DNA of 64,000 nt from the human T2T-CHM13v2.0 reference genome, Homo sapiens: assembly GCF_009914755.1 (NCBI RefSeq), contig NC_060940.1. One strand, written 5' to 3'. Shown piece after piece: positions 30,779-44,465 of the stretch. The translations under genes were made by a program, and so were the position numbers. Under the pieces are notes generated by a model. It was given only the letters and a program-made list of their open reading frames with translations, made no database searches and was not told the DNA's origin. Positions within the stretch are counted from its first letter, which is position 1; each line of letters starts with the position of its first letter.

Positions 30779-32769
30779 CAGCAGTTGTAAAATGGAGCGT
30801 CCATTCTCCTGTCATCAGCTTTAAAGCTATGTGGCGGTTGAATGCAATCATTTCTGTTTTCCTCTTTAACATCCATTATTTCTCTGTTGTCCACATCTAA
30901 TAGTCACAATCCTTTTAGTTGTTGATGGCGTGGCGATTACCCGGGCTACCGCTTTAGGATTACATCCAAATGCATCTGAACAGTTGAATTTACTTACTGT
31001 TTTCCTCCTAAAAGCTTTTTAACATGATCCAACTGGGATGGTTGCATCAGGAGAATCATTATTTGCAGCTTTCTGTTTTGGGAGATGGAAATAAATTTCC
31101 CAAAAGATGAAAGCAAACTGTTCAGTGTAGATCTGCAGTGTGACTTTTTGTTCTCTCTCCTTTTTACATTCCATTTTCACAATTTTCCTCAGGAATGACT
31201 CTTCTCTTGGGAAAGAGGAATGTTTTAAAATGCACAATTGAGTCAAATCAATATTTAGAGTGGTTTGAACTTTCAGCCTTTTGCTGGATTTTGGCAGTAT
31301 CATTTTACACTATAAATCCCTTTTCCCCGGTAACCTATAATATTAATATTAAACATTATTCACAGCTTTCTAACACCCCCCAATTTCACTCAGCTATCAG
31401 CAAAACAAATAGTACCCAAGAGTTAAAAAGTTGCTATTCTTCTTCTAAAGCACAAGCACTTTTATGTTAAAATGGTATTGCTGTGTGTTCTCAATATCTA
31501 TATACCTACCTACCTGTGCGTGTAGTAGCTTTCAACATTGTAATTAGACATTGAAACTGCACAGTGCAAGCATAATGCACACACAGAGATTTGAAAAGCA
31601 GCTGTGACAAGTGCATGGTATGGTAAAGCAACTTTACAATAGCTAGGACAAATTCTACAATCTATTTATGGAGGGTTTCAAATAAAAAATTAGGTAGAAG
31701 AATCTGAACCCTTTCATGCGGGAGGATTGCATGGATGATGAAATCTCTCATACCTCTCCTCTCTGGTAGAGTTATTTGAAGATGGTGTTTAATACTGGAA
31801 GGCTAATAGCATGGGGAAGCCAATCTTCTTGGGTTGAAATCCCAGCCTAGCTGCTGTGTGATCTGGGGCAAGTTGCTTTACCTCTCTGAGGCTCAGTGAC
31901 TGTTACATTATAGGAATAATAGGAAGACATTCACATCATGACGTTCTAGTGAGGATTAAGTGAGGTCCCAGATGTCGGGTATCAGACACAGCTTCCTCAT
32001 GTGAGAATTGTAACCACAGTGTAATGATGAGAAGGAAAAGAGATCATTATTACCAGGGAGACTCTCTGAAACACGCGCAGCAATTACAATCTTCCCTTAT
32101 GAACTGGCTTGGTTAACAGCATCCACATCCACTCCGCTATGCTAGTAAAAAATTGAGAAGCTGTACTTTAAACCCCTGCCCTTCTTGTACCCCCGCCTTC
32201 CATGATTAATTGGTCCCCAAATTGTGCCATTCGCCCTCCCAAGTAACTTTCAAATTCTGCCTCCCCCTCTTCATTCTCCCTGCCACTACCTCAGCCCAGG
32301 CCCTTACTAGCATTTATCTGGATGAATGCAAGAACCTCTTAACCAGTTTCACTGTCTTCAGCTAGGATCCTCCCTGAATCATTACTAGCCATATTTTGCA
32401 GCATAGGAAATTGAAGCACAGAGAAGTTTGACAAATAGCCACAAATCACACAGCTGGTAAGTGGTGTTGGTGGAATCCCAACCCAGGCTGTCTGGTCTCA
32501 GAATTTTCTGCTTTGTTTTGGAATACTGGGTTCACTGCGTCGTGTGGATAAAGAAACCCAGTGGTGGCTTTAAGCCTCATGTTTGTACTTCTGGTGAGTC
32601 CAATTTCTCCATTGACAAATCTTTCATCAGAGCTGTTACTTGATTCTGCAAGAGCTTCAAGGAGTAGCCAAGGGACCATTGCGCAGGAAGAGAGAGGGAG
32701 GAGGAAAAGACGGAAGCCGTGGAGTTTTCAGCCCCACACCCCCATTCTCTGGAGAGGGGAGAAGGGCTG

Positions 32770-33020
32770 GTAGTGGAATTAATCATTGATCTTTCCTATG
32801 TGATGGAGCCTTTACAAAAATCCCTGAACTATGAAGGTTGGCGGAGCTTCTGGGTTGGTGAACACATCTGAGTGCCAGGGTTATGCACCCCAACTCCATG
32901 GGGATGGAAGCTCCTGCACTTGGGTCTTTTCCAGACCTTGCCCCATGCATCTTTTCATCTGGCTATTCCTCCCTTTCCTTTATTATATCTCTTGTTAATT
33001 ACATGGTAAATGTAAGTTAA
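32770..33020. mobile_element. MER21-family LTR fragment, opposite orientation to 37905-38743
   Basis: GAGCTTCTGGGTTGGTGAACACAT..GAAGCTCCTGCACTTGGG. Confidence 0.6.
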
Positions 33021-34430
33021 AAAAAAATAGGAGGGATCTAGATTAGGGATGGGCAAGCTAGGGATACATATCCATTTCAACATTCCAGGAGTCTAGTCCA
33101 CTGGATGGGGCCAGGCAGGGGCATCTGCAGGTTGGGATGATGCTTGGATTCTGGTAGGAAGTAGGCTGCTTGCTCAGGCAGATGTAATGTTGCAGGACCA
33201 TAGTGTCAATCATCCATGTCCCATTGAAGGATACAACCTGATGGAAGCTGGGACCGAGAGCTTTATTATGTCCTGTGGTCACCGGCACCAGAGTGGCAGG
33301 GAAGGTAAACTGAGACACTTAAGACCCTGGACAGGATTGATTGCTGACCAGTCTACAAATCTCAACGCTCTCCTGGGAGACTGACTGCCGTCTGTGCAAC
33401 CATGATCCTGCAAAAGACACTGAGAGCCCATGCGGCTGTGTAATTTGTATATCAACCTGCTCTAAAGGCTGTGGGTGCAGCACTAAGAACACAACTAGAG
33501 AGCCTGACATATTACGATCCTGGCATTTGCTTGCTCAGGGTCTACCGTGGCATTTCTCAGCTGTGTCTGAGAGATGTCAGTAGCTGTTACAAGAGATGAA
33601 AAAGAAAGGCAGGGGGTAGCATCATGGTGAAAAGTATCAGAAAAAAAATGACCTCTACCCTTTCTGAATTTAAAAAGGCAGCATGATATCACTGACTTTG
33701 GAATTCATAATGCATCTTAGCATTAATGTTCTGGGGTAAAGAATTCTTCTTTAGTTTAGTTTAATATATTCTTGCCTGTACTTATTTGACCGAAGAACTG
33801 CTTTTACCCAGAAGAGCCAGAACATATTGAAAACATTATCCCTTGGGATTCGGTTTGGGAAATACTAATTTAGTTGAATGTAGCACTAGAACTCGCAGTA
33901 CATAAGAAGGCAGAAAATGAGCAGGCTCACCAGTGTAGACTGTCCACACTGGTGGATTTTACCTGATTCCCAGGATTCTCCACACTAGATCTGAGCTCTG
34001 CTAATGTGGGCACCGTGTCTATCTTGTTCACTACTCACTCTTCCTAAGCCCTTGATGGCTGATTTTTTTGGTACATCCGACACCTTCTTTAGAACAACTA
34101 TTGTTCACGAATTTTCCATCTCTCTTGACATTGTCATCTTCTTTACTGTTTTCCTGCACTTTTATAACATCCCAAGTTCTCTCTCACATGGATTATATTT
34201 TTATGGTTTGAAGCTGACCTTTTCCTTGACCACATTTAATGCATATTTTAACTCTCTTTATTTTATTTTGTTCTCTACACAATCTAGCTTACCACAACCA
34301 ACCATTTATTCATTTCAGTTCATTTTTTATCATTTCAGCTTTATTTTACATTACATCGAAATTACATTTTTGAAACTTTATGGAGACCATAAAACATTTG
34401 CTTTCAAAAAATTACTCTTGTTGCCTATAG

Positions 34431-34882
<452 letters not shown>

Positions 34883-35149
34883 TAGTGTCTGTAGATCCAT
34901 CTTTATTTCCCTTCTTTATTTACCTGTGGACCCTTCACTTCACTTCTGATTGCTGTTAGAACCTGTTTCTTATGTCAGTGATATTCACCACCCTGAATCA
35001 GATTTTTGGCATCTTGGAAGATGTTTAGCCAGTGTGGCTCTTTAAGACTCAGGAGGATTTTCCTATCTCAGCTTCATGTAGAGAAATTTATATATGTATA
35101 TATGTGTATATATATATATATGTGTGTGTGTGTATGTGTGTAAACATTA

Positions 35150-35370
35150 CACAATACTTACTGGGGTGCTAGGCACTGTTCCAAAGCCTTTTACATTCAT
35201 TTAATCTGCACAGTAACCCTCTGAGATTGGTACTGTTAGTATTCCCATTTGACAGATGCAGAAATGAGTCACTTTAATTCATCCAACATCGCACAACTAG
35301 TAAGTGTCTAAGTCAAAATTCAAATGTAAGCAAACTGGTGCTGAAGTCTGTGCTGTTAACTAGTACAATA
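35150..35370 (-). mobile_element. MIR, preceded by a (TA)/(TG) microsatellite at 35088-35140
   Basis: AGGCACTGTTC..CATTTAATC..ATTCCCATTTGACAGATG. Confidence 0.75.
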
Positions 35371-36404
35371 TGTTTCCTCTTCATTCCTTTCTTGCAAAAT
35401 AAAAAAAAAGAGTAAAAAGCTATAGCTGCCTTGATTTACCTGTTTCTGTGCTTTCCTGCTTAAAATAATACATGATTGCTGTGTTCCACAACTGGGCATC
35501 ATAGTCCTGCATAAGTGTAGGAAGTACTCATTGGCTAATTAGAGGAATGGAGGGCTAAGTTGCCATGAGCACCTCCTAACAGAGTTCTTGCATGATGGGG
35601 AAGGCTTCCTGCCTCTGGCTGGCACAGGGTACTCATCTCTAAGCCCCTGTAGGTCAGAAGTTGTAGCAGAAGTGCCTGGCTTTATTTTTCTGCATCAAGG
35701 ACTCTTCCCTTCTTTGGTTAGTGAAAATTCCTTGAGGGCCCAGAAGATTTCGATCAATATTTTTTTGTTCCCAAGACTGTAGCAACCTTTCATTTATTGG
35801 TGTGTGTATATGTTCATGAATATTCCAGTGGGAAGTTGGTGGAAAGGGAAGCTAGTCATTTGTCAGTTGGTGTCTTGCCCAGGAAGTCTCCCTTATCTAG
35901 TTTAATCCTTAAAACAACCTTGAAGGATGCTGTTATCAACCCTGCTTTCCAGGTGAGAAGATGAGAGCTCAGAGTGCTTAAGAAGTCATCCAGGTCACAC
36001 AGCTAGTAAATGAAAAAGGCAGAATGCAAGCCGTGATCTCGTCTCCAAAGCCCTGTTTTCTCAGCTATTACTCACTTCCTTCAGTTTCCAGTCAGTTCAT
36101 TTTAATTCCTTGTACTTAATTCAATCTTAACGAAGATGCATTTGCTGAACTCCTTTTATATGAGTAAGAACTGGACCTTGGACTCAAGAAGTTCATGATG
36201 AGAAGCCAAAGGTAGAAGGTGGTGATGATGGACCATGAGCGGTGTAACAGAGACTGCAGGATTTGGGCAAAAGTGGAATTTCTACTTTTGTGCCTGGTTT
36301 GAAAATGTCTGATGATGAGGGCACTCAGAGCAATGCTTGAGGAGAGGCATGACTCCTGCTCCAACCAGATGTGAGGCAATCACCTGAGCAGTGGCAGCAC
36401 TGCA

Positions 36405-36703
36405 GAGCCTGGAAGTCCAAGATCAAGGTGTCGGCAGGGCTGGTATCTCCTGAGACCTTTCTCCAGGCTGTTAGATGGCTGCTTTATCCTTGTGTCTTTC
36501 CATCCTCTTCCCTTTGGGTGTCTGTGTCTTCATCTCCTCTTCTGTAAGGACACTGTTCAGATTGAATTAGGGCATAGCCTAATGACCTCATTTGAACTTA
36601 ATTACCACTTTAAAGGCCCTATCTCCAAATACAATCATAACAAATGAACGTAGGAACAAACTTCAACAAATGAATGTTAGGGAGGAAGCAATTCAGTCTA
36701 TAA
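36405..36703. mobile_element. MLT1A/B-like LTR fragment
   Basis: CTGGAAGTCCAAGATCAAGGTGTCGGCAGGGCTGG..CCCTATCTCCAAATACA. Confidence 0.8.
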
Positions 36704-36927
36704 TAGTCTAGAGCCAATGGCAGGTCCAAGTGGCAACATGAGAAAGGATAGATTGTCGACCATATAGCACAACTCTTGGAATGTTACTTAAAGGAATTGG
36801 GACATAATTCTTCCTCTAGGCCACCATTTCCGTGCATGGAACATGCGTCACTGAATATGTGTGTGGTTGTATGTGTGACACAGTTTTAAGTGGTACTAGG
36901 ACACAGCATTCAACAACATTGAATCCT

Positions 36928-37239
36928 GGCTTGGTGCAGTGGCTCATGCCTAGAATCCCAGCACTTTGGGAGGCCCAGGTGAGAGGATCCTGGGCCTTGA
37001 GAGGATCCCGAGAGTTTGAGACCAGCCTGGGCAACATAGTGAGACCCCCATCTCTATTAAAAATAATAATAAAAAAATAGCCAGGTGTGGTGGTGCATAA
37101 CTATAATTTCAGCTACTTGGGAAGCTGAGGTGGGAGGATCACTTGAGCCCAAGAGTTCAAGGCTGTAGTGAGCTATGTTCACACCACTACACTCTAGCCT
37201 GGGTGACAGAGCGAGACCCTGTCTAAAAAGTAAAAAAAT
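36928..37239 (+). mobile_element. AluJ with a small internal duplication of GAGAGGATCC
   Basis: TSD AACATTGAATC. Confidence 0.92.
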
Positions 37240-37720
37240 AACATTGAATCTCGCAGCAAGAAAGTCATTCTCTTTCCATTTTTCTTGCAGTTCTTTAAGG
37301 AGAATGTGTTAGTTGATCATACTATGTCTGTCATACCTCTCTGCCCTTTGTTAATGTCCCTTATTGAGAAAAAACGGAGATAAGAAGCCTTGAGAAATAA
37401 TGATATCTAGCTAAAATCGGAGACTACTCTTTTGTTTTCACCTTATTTAATTTTTATGATTGCCTTTTATTTGTGGCAAATGATTCTGGGCTTCTGCTTG
37501 TGATATTGACATAATAATTATTATCTTATTATTTCCTTATTTTCTAAAGGTAGTCATGTGTTTAAAAAGTGAGTTAAAGAAAATATTGAACAAAGCACAA
37601 TAAGTCCTGTAAGTAATGACACATATTAGGAAGGCGGAATGAAAAGCTAGAAGGCTGGGAAGTGCTGCCGTGGGTGAAGGCAAGGTGAGGGGGGAGGAAA
37701 AAGGTGGACCTGCTGGGAAG

Positions 37721-37797
37721 TCCGGAGGTCTACATCCGGAGGTCTACATCCGGAGGTCTACATCCGGAGGTCTACATCCGGAGGTCTACATCCGGAG
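37721..37797. repeat. Minisatellite (TCCGGAGGTCTACA) x5.5, perfect
   Basis: Five identical 14-mers plus TCCGGAG. Confidence 0.98.
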
Positions 37798-37863
37798 AAT
37801 GATGTGGCTGTGAGTAGATGTGCCCGTGCATTTGTACTAGTTGCAGTGGGGAATGCGTGCCTC

Positions 37864-37895
<32 letters not shown>

Positions 37896-37904
37896 TGTCC
37901 TTGA

Positions 37905-38743
37905 GCGGAAAAACACAGTTTTTCCTCTGCTTTTACCTCACAACAGTCAACCCAGAAGAGGTCTGTGACCCCACGTGTGGATTTTCCCCCACACACCAAG
38001 CAAGCAAGCAAGCAAGCAATTCTGCAGTGGACACCAACTGCACGACCACCAATTCCATTCTGACACCATCTACCTGGAGATAGCGTCAGATTCCACAGCT
38101 TGAGGCTGGGCTCAAGCCCCAGGGCATTTTACCTGTGCCTCTAACCGGTTGGCTACAAATCGGGCTTCTCACAACCCCCTCCTTTAAGTTTGATTAATTT
38201 GCAGAAGCAGCTCATAGAGCTCAGGAGAATACTTAGGTTTACTGGTTTATTATAAAGGATGTTACAAAGGATACAGATGAAGAGGCGCACAGGACAAAGC
38301 ATGTGGGAAGGAGTGAGGAGCTTCCGTGCCCTCCCTGGGTGCACCGTCCTCCAGGAGCCTCCCCCTGTCCAGCTGTCCATGAGCCCCCTGAACCCTGCCC
38401 TTTGGGTTTTAAAAGAGGCTGTATTATGTAGGCATAATTGATTAAACCATTGTCCATTGGTGATCAACTTAATCTTCTGCCCTCTCCCCCCTGGAGACTG
38501 GGAAGCGGGGCTGAAAGTTCAACCCTCTAATCTGCTTTGGTCTTTCCAGTAACCAGCCCCATCCTGAAGCTACCTAGGGGCTGCCAGCCACCAGTCCTCT
38601 CATTAATATACAAAAAGACATCACTTTGGAGATCCTAAGAATTTTAGGAGTCATATGCCAGGGAAGAGGTAGAAGACTCTCTCTCTCTGTCTCTCTCTCT
38701 CTCTTTCTATATATATATGTATGTATTTTTTTACAATGTCACA
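37905..38743. mobile_element. MER21-family solo LTR with internal (TC)n(TA)n; (TG)n at 37865-37897
   Basis: TTCTGCAGTGGACACCAACTG..TTCTGACACCATCTACCTGGAGATAGCGTCAGAT..ACAATGTCACA. Confidence 0.8.
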
Positions 38744-40049
38744 GTCCTCATACCCTGAAATCATCCCATAAGCTGAGATGAATTAGTAGGATTGGATATG
38801 CCTTGGTTTTCACTCTATAAACAGGATTGAACATGTCCACACACTCTTAGGTATGAATTACATAATGGCATGAATTCATGTTTCTCCAGAAGCAAATAGC
38901 GAATGATAAATAGTCATTGAGCACATTTCACATGCCAGGCACTGTGGAAAGTACTGCAGCTACCACATGGATTAAGACAGACAGGGTCCCAGCTAAGGGG
39001 TCAAAGACTCGCATGTGATTCCTTCCGCACCACTCACTAACCAGGCACCCTCCGCCGAGCAATTTGAGCTCCTTGAGCCTCAGCATTCTTGTGCGTCCAG
39101 CGGACAGAGGCATACCCCATGCATATTGCTCTGGTGATAAATGAGCGGAGGTGTATGAAGGCACTGCCAGTTGTGTGAAGGCATGCATCCAGTGTTATTA
39201 CCGTGAGCCTTACATTCTGAGTTTCAAAAGTGCCATTCAGAGAATCCTTGCCTTTATGGCCCCCAGAAGCATATGAAAGATAGAGCTTCTACTCAGAAGG
39301 CCTAATTGCATAACTTGAGCAATTTAGCTGGAAATGTTAAACACTGTCTGCATCCTGGAGCTGGAATGGAGGGAACCACGTGGATAGGAGGTCGGGGATC
39401 TCCTTTAGGGAGCATTGAGTTTAAGGAGACTGGCACCCTCTGTGTTCATCCAGAGAGGTGTGGTGGATTAATACAGTGCAGACCCTGAGTTTTAATAATG
39501 AGCCCAACAAGCGTGCAAGGCTCCAGGGAAAATAATTGAAAGGAAACTCTCTAAGTCAGACTTGGTTCCTCCAAACCCATTTGCAATCTCCCTTCCTGTG
39601 GGGGTGGGGAGTGGGGAGAAAACTTTAGGTTAACAAGTTAATGACACCTGCCTACTGTGCCTTTAATTACCCTGCAAACCTCAAGCAGAGACTGACAACT
39701 GCAAGAGCCATATGCAGATTTCAGGGCTGTCTACACACAGATAACACAGCCTCCTCCCACAAGCTTTCCTGACAAAGACGAGCATGATTCCAGGAAGCCC
39801 ACCTTCACAGGGCAAGTGAAACTAATAATTTTTTTTTTTCACAAATTGTCTCTTTTAATCTTCAGAACAGACCCTGAGTGGTCAATATTATTGTGTTTAT
39901 TTACCCAGGGGGAAACTGAGGCTTAGAGATATTAAATATGTCAAAGATCACACAGACCAGAAGTAAGACAGTTGGGACGAGAGCTCTGGTCTCTCTGGCC
40001 AAGAACCTGTGTTCACGCAAGGATTTCATGCAGCTGCGGAGGGCCCCAC

Positions 40050-40360
40050 CACTCTCCCTCTCCCTCCCTCCTCTCATCTTCCCTCCCTCTCTTTTGGTCT
40101 TTCTCTAATCTCTTTTATTGCCTCCCTCTCTGTTTTCTGTTTTCCCTCCTTCCTCCCCACCCCACACACTTTCTTTCTTTCTCTCTTTCTTTTTCCTCTC
40201 TCCCTTTCTTTCCATTCTCACTCCCTCCCGTCTCTTTCTCTCTTTCTTTTCTCCTTCCCTGCCTCCCTCCCTGCCTCCCTCCCTCCCTCCCTCCCTCCCT
40301 CCCTCCCTTCCTTCCTTCCTTCCTTCCTTCCGTCCTTCCTTCCTTCCTTCCTTCCTCTTC
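40050..40360. repeat. Polypyrimidine low-complexity tract (CT, CCCT, CCTT)
   Basis: Read directly from the sequence. Confidence 0.95.
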
Positions 40361-41160
<800 letters not shown>

Positions 41161-42214
41161 GTCCTCACCAACTCTCATGCTTCTTGGACTCTGAACTGGG
41201 ATATATTTCTGTGCTCTTTTTTGCTCTCTGTGCTGCTTTGCTCTCATGTGGGGACCTTTATCTCTGGAGATCATTCCCGGTTTAAGGTGGGGATTTCCAA
41301 TTTACTAAATGTCTGCTTTGTCTAGTGTCTTTAACACTGTTCATCTTGCATAACATATGTTGCTAGCTGTCTTCAGACAATTCCATGAAGTTTATTGGAA
41401 AAAGTGAAGTAAACCACAGGACAGGGCACCTAGCGTAAGTCCTGGGTCTCTAGTTTGCTGTGTTACCTTGGGCAAGCCCTTTCCTCTCTCTAAACTTCAG
41501 AGTTCCCAGCTGTAAAAGATATTCTCCCGAGATGCTTTCAGCTCTTCCATCTGCATGTAAATCCTGATACATAAGACGCTCCCCTCAACAATCAATGATG
41601 ACCATGTGGTCTTTCTATAATGATCTGTGAGAGCAGGTGGAAGTCTAGGGTCTCCAAATTTACAAGAATTAAGTGAGATAAGTCATTCTGAATGCTTATC
41701 ACAGCACTTGGAAAAGCTAATTAATGTTAATACTTGCTGCAATTATTATTTAGCATGCACCTCCAATGTCCTAAAAACATCACACAGAGAAAAATATACA
41801 GCAACTTCCAGAAGATTTAAGCAATAAGATCTGAGGAAAAAAGCAGTTCCTATGATGATGTGTATAACATCCTGATGGAGAATTTCAGAATTAAGTTCAG
41901 AATGAAGGGGACTGTTCTTTCTCAGGAAGACCAAATTTAAGACTTCAGGAAGTGTGGTTCTGATCATCTGGGGACAAGGAGATCTTGATTTTTGGTTTGG
42001 GACTTTCATGTATGTTCCTGTGCATGACACTGGTCAAATATTCACCACTCTGGACCCAATTAACTTGCCTGGAAACCTCAAAACAGACTCTAACATGTAT
42101 ATGCGATTTACCAATATATATATAAAAAATACAACAGAGTCTAGTATTTATTTTCTTATTCGTTACTTGTATTACCATTTACTGTGGATATTTTATGCAA
42201 GTGTAACAATACCA

Positions 42215-42560
42215 CCATTTTGTGGTGGTTGCGGTAACATCCACCACAAAATCTCCATAATTTTAAATAATTTCTCACTCATAAAACATGCCTATCATGT
42301 GACGGCAGAAGTGCACTGCTCCACAGAGGCATTCAGGGATCTACACCAGGGGAGGCTCCCTTGTGACACAGATTTCTACCACCACAAAGACAAGGAAAAG
42401 GAAAGCTTAGCAGAAAATGCACCTGCTCTTAGAGTGATACACGTCACTTCCTCCTACATGTCATTGGTCAAAGCAGGTCATATGGCCGTGCCTGAGATTT
42501 AGCAGGTGGAGACAATCCTACCAGGTGCCCTGGGCAAGAGGAACAAATATTTGTGAAGGG
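42215..42560. mobile_element. Old MLT1-type LTR relic
   Basis: CACGTCACTTCC..CATTGGTCAAAGCAGGTCATATGGCC..AAATATTTGTGAA. Confidence 0.6.
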
Positions 42561-42561
42561 T

Positions 42562-42658
42562 ATCTCCTCAGGGTATAAACACAACACCATACCTGACTGG
42601 TTGGATTTACATCATAATGTATCCTCACTTCCATGAGAAGGAGAGAGAGAGACAGAGA

Positions 42659-42695
<37 letters not shown>

Positions 42696-43264
42696 AGGAG
42701 GAGGAAGAAGAAGAAGAAGAAGAGAAGAAGAAGAAGAATGCATTAAGATTCCTTGTTTTTCACAAGAAAGCCAACTCTCCTCCATTCGAATTAACTTCCC
42801 CTCCCAATTGACTCAGTTTACCTAACAAGGCAAGAGCTAAACATCTGTTTCCCATGAATCCTTGTCAATTTCCATCAAGGGGCCAGGGAAGTAGGTGGTT
42901 CAGTGTCAGAACCAGTGGCCAGCAGACCAAGTTGGAAGTTTTTGAGAACAATTGGTCCGAAAACCATTGGTGCAAGAGGAATGGCTATCTTCAGCAAAAT
43001 GAAATGGAAAGATAAGAACTGGGTACTGGAGTGGGACAGCACCAGGTCATTATTTTGGTGGTAATTACCCCCATCAGGGTCCAGAGTTTCAAGAGAGTCT
43101 CTGAGCTGAGGACTGGGATTGTGGCTATGGGTTCCACCAACTCATAGTCAGGAGCAGGGGGCACAGAGGTGCTCTGGGAGCCATCGCAAGGTAACAAAGC
43201 TGTGTGTTTAGACAGTGCTCTTTTATCTAGTGTGAGATGGATGTTTCTGACTGCTCTTTACCTA
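42562..43264 (+). repeat. Local direct duplication, copy 1 (contains an expanded GA/GAG/GAA repeat)
   Basis: Colinear with 44346-44988 from ATCTCCTCAGGGTATAAAC to CTTTACCTA. Confidence 0.95.
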
Positions 43265-44345
43265 CCTTTGACCACAGAAAGGTGTTTTCGCTTCTCTTCA
43301 GCAGAGAATCTTGACTCCTTGCTACCTCTTTACTGGCCTCTGAAGTCATGGGCATTTCCAAGTGCTGGACTAGATGTTCTATGGGGAACTGACAAAAATT
43401 ATATCTGATTGTTCTGTGTTGTTCCTATGACATTAAATTCAGAGCTACCCAGCACCGCCAGATCACCATTATCTTTTCTTAAATTTGATGAGTTGTTTTT
43501 TTTTTTCTATCCTCCAAGATTGCTCTTTAATGTGAATCATTCATGAGAGAGGGTCAGGGCTCTCAGCAGGGAGGCAGCCTGCTGAGGTCAGAGAGGAAGG
43601 CACAGGATTTGAAGTTAGACTGGCTCAGCCCCAAACCTCAGCTCTGGCATTGAGAAGATGTGTGGCTGTGGCTAAGTGATTTAGCCTTTGTGAGGTTCAG
43701 TTTTCAGCTAGGAGGATAAAGGAGATGATATTTGTAAAGTACTTTACTTTGCCTAGCTCACAGCAGGAACTCAAGCAATGATGATAATTAGGAAGATCTG
43801 GGCACTAGTAGGGGAAACTCTGACACTCTTTTTGGGTCATGGTGGCTGGGAACTGAGGGGCACAATGACTTGGTGGGCACAGAGGCTATCAGGGAAGATG
43901 TCACATGCACCTGCTGCTGGAATTATGGTGGTAGCCTAGTTCTGGGTGTTACTCACTAATCTAGCTAAGGCTAGCAATACCCACCAATGCTTAGTTTTGA
44001 AAAGTTCCCTACATAATAATCCTCAGACTTCTTATTTTAAAATCTTCAAATCCTGTAAACCTAGTCACTATCCCCTGGCTAAATGTCTTCCACTCTGTAG
44101 AACCATTGCATGTGGGTGCATATGGAAGCTCTATTTTCTTTCCTCTCCTCTTAAGTGTTTTTGGGATGAATAATATGCTGATATATTGTAGCTCACCTTG
44201 GCTGAATATACAGAAAGAAGTGGCATGCTAACCGTCTGATGGATTTGATTCATTTGGGCAGTGAAGCTTTGCAGTTTGGGCCAAGGGTTCTCAATGACCT
44301 GCTTGTCTGTTTACAGGGTTCGGGCTCACTGGACATTTGATAACA

Positions 44346-44423
44346 ATCTCCTCAGGGTATAAACACAACACCATACCTGACCGGCTGGATTTACATCATA
44401 ATGTATCCTAATTTGCATGAGAA

Positions 44424-44465
<42 letters not shown>

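Noticed and set aside
37721-37797. CRISPR-like array
   Set aside because: Head-to-tail repeats without spacers, in primate DNA with no cas genes.
41954-42502. 182-aa ORF
   Set aside because: GTG start, no recognisable domain, and half of it lies in an old LTR.
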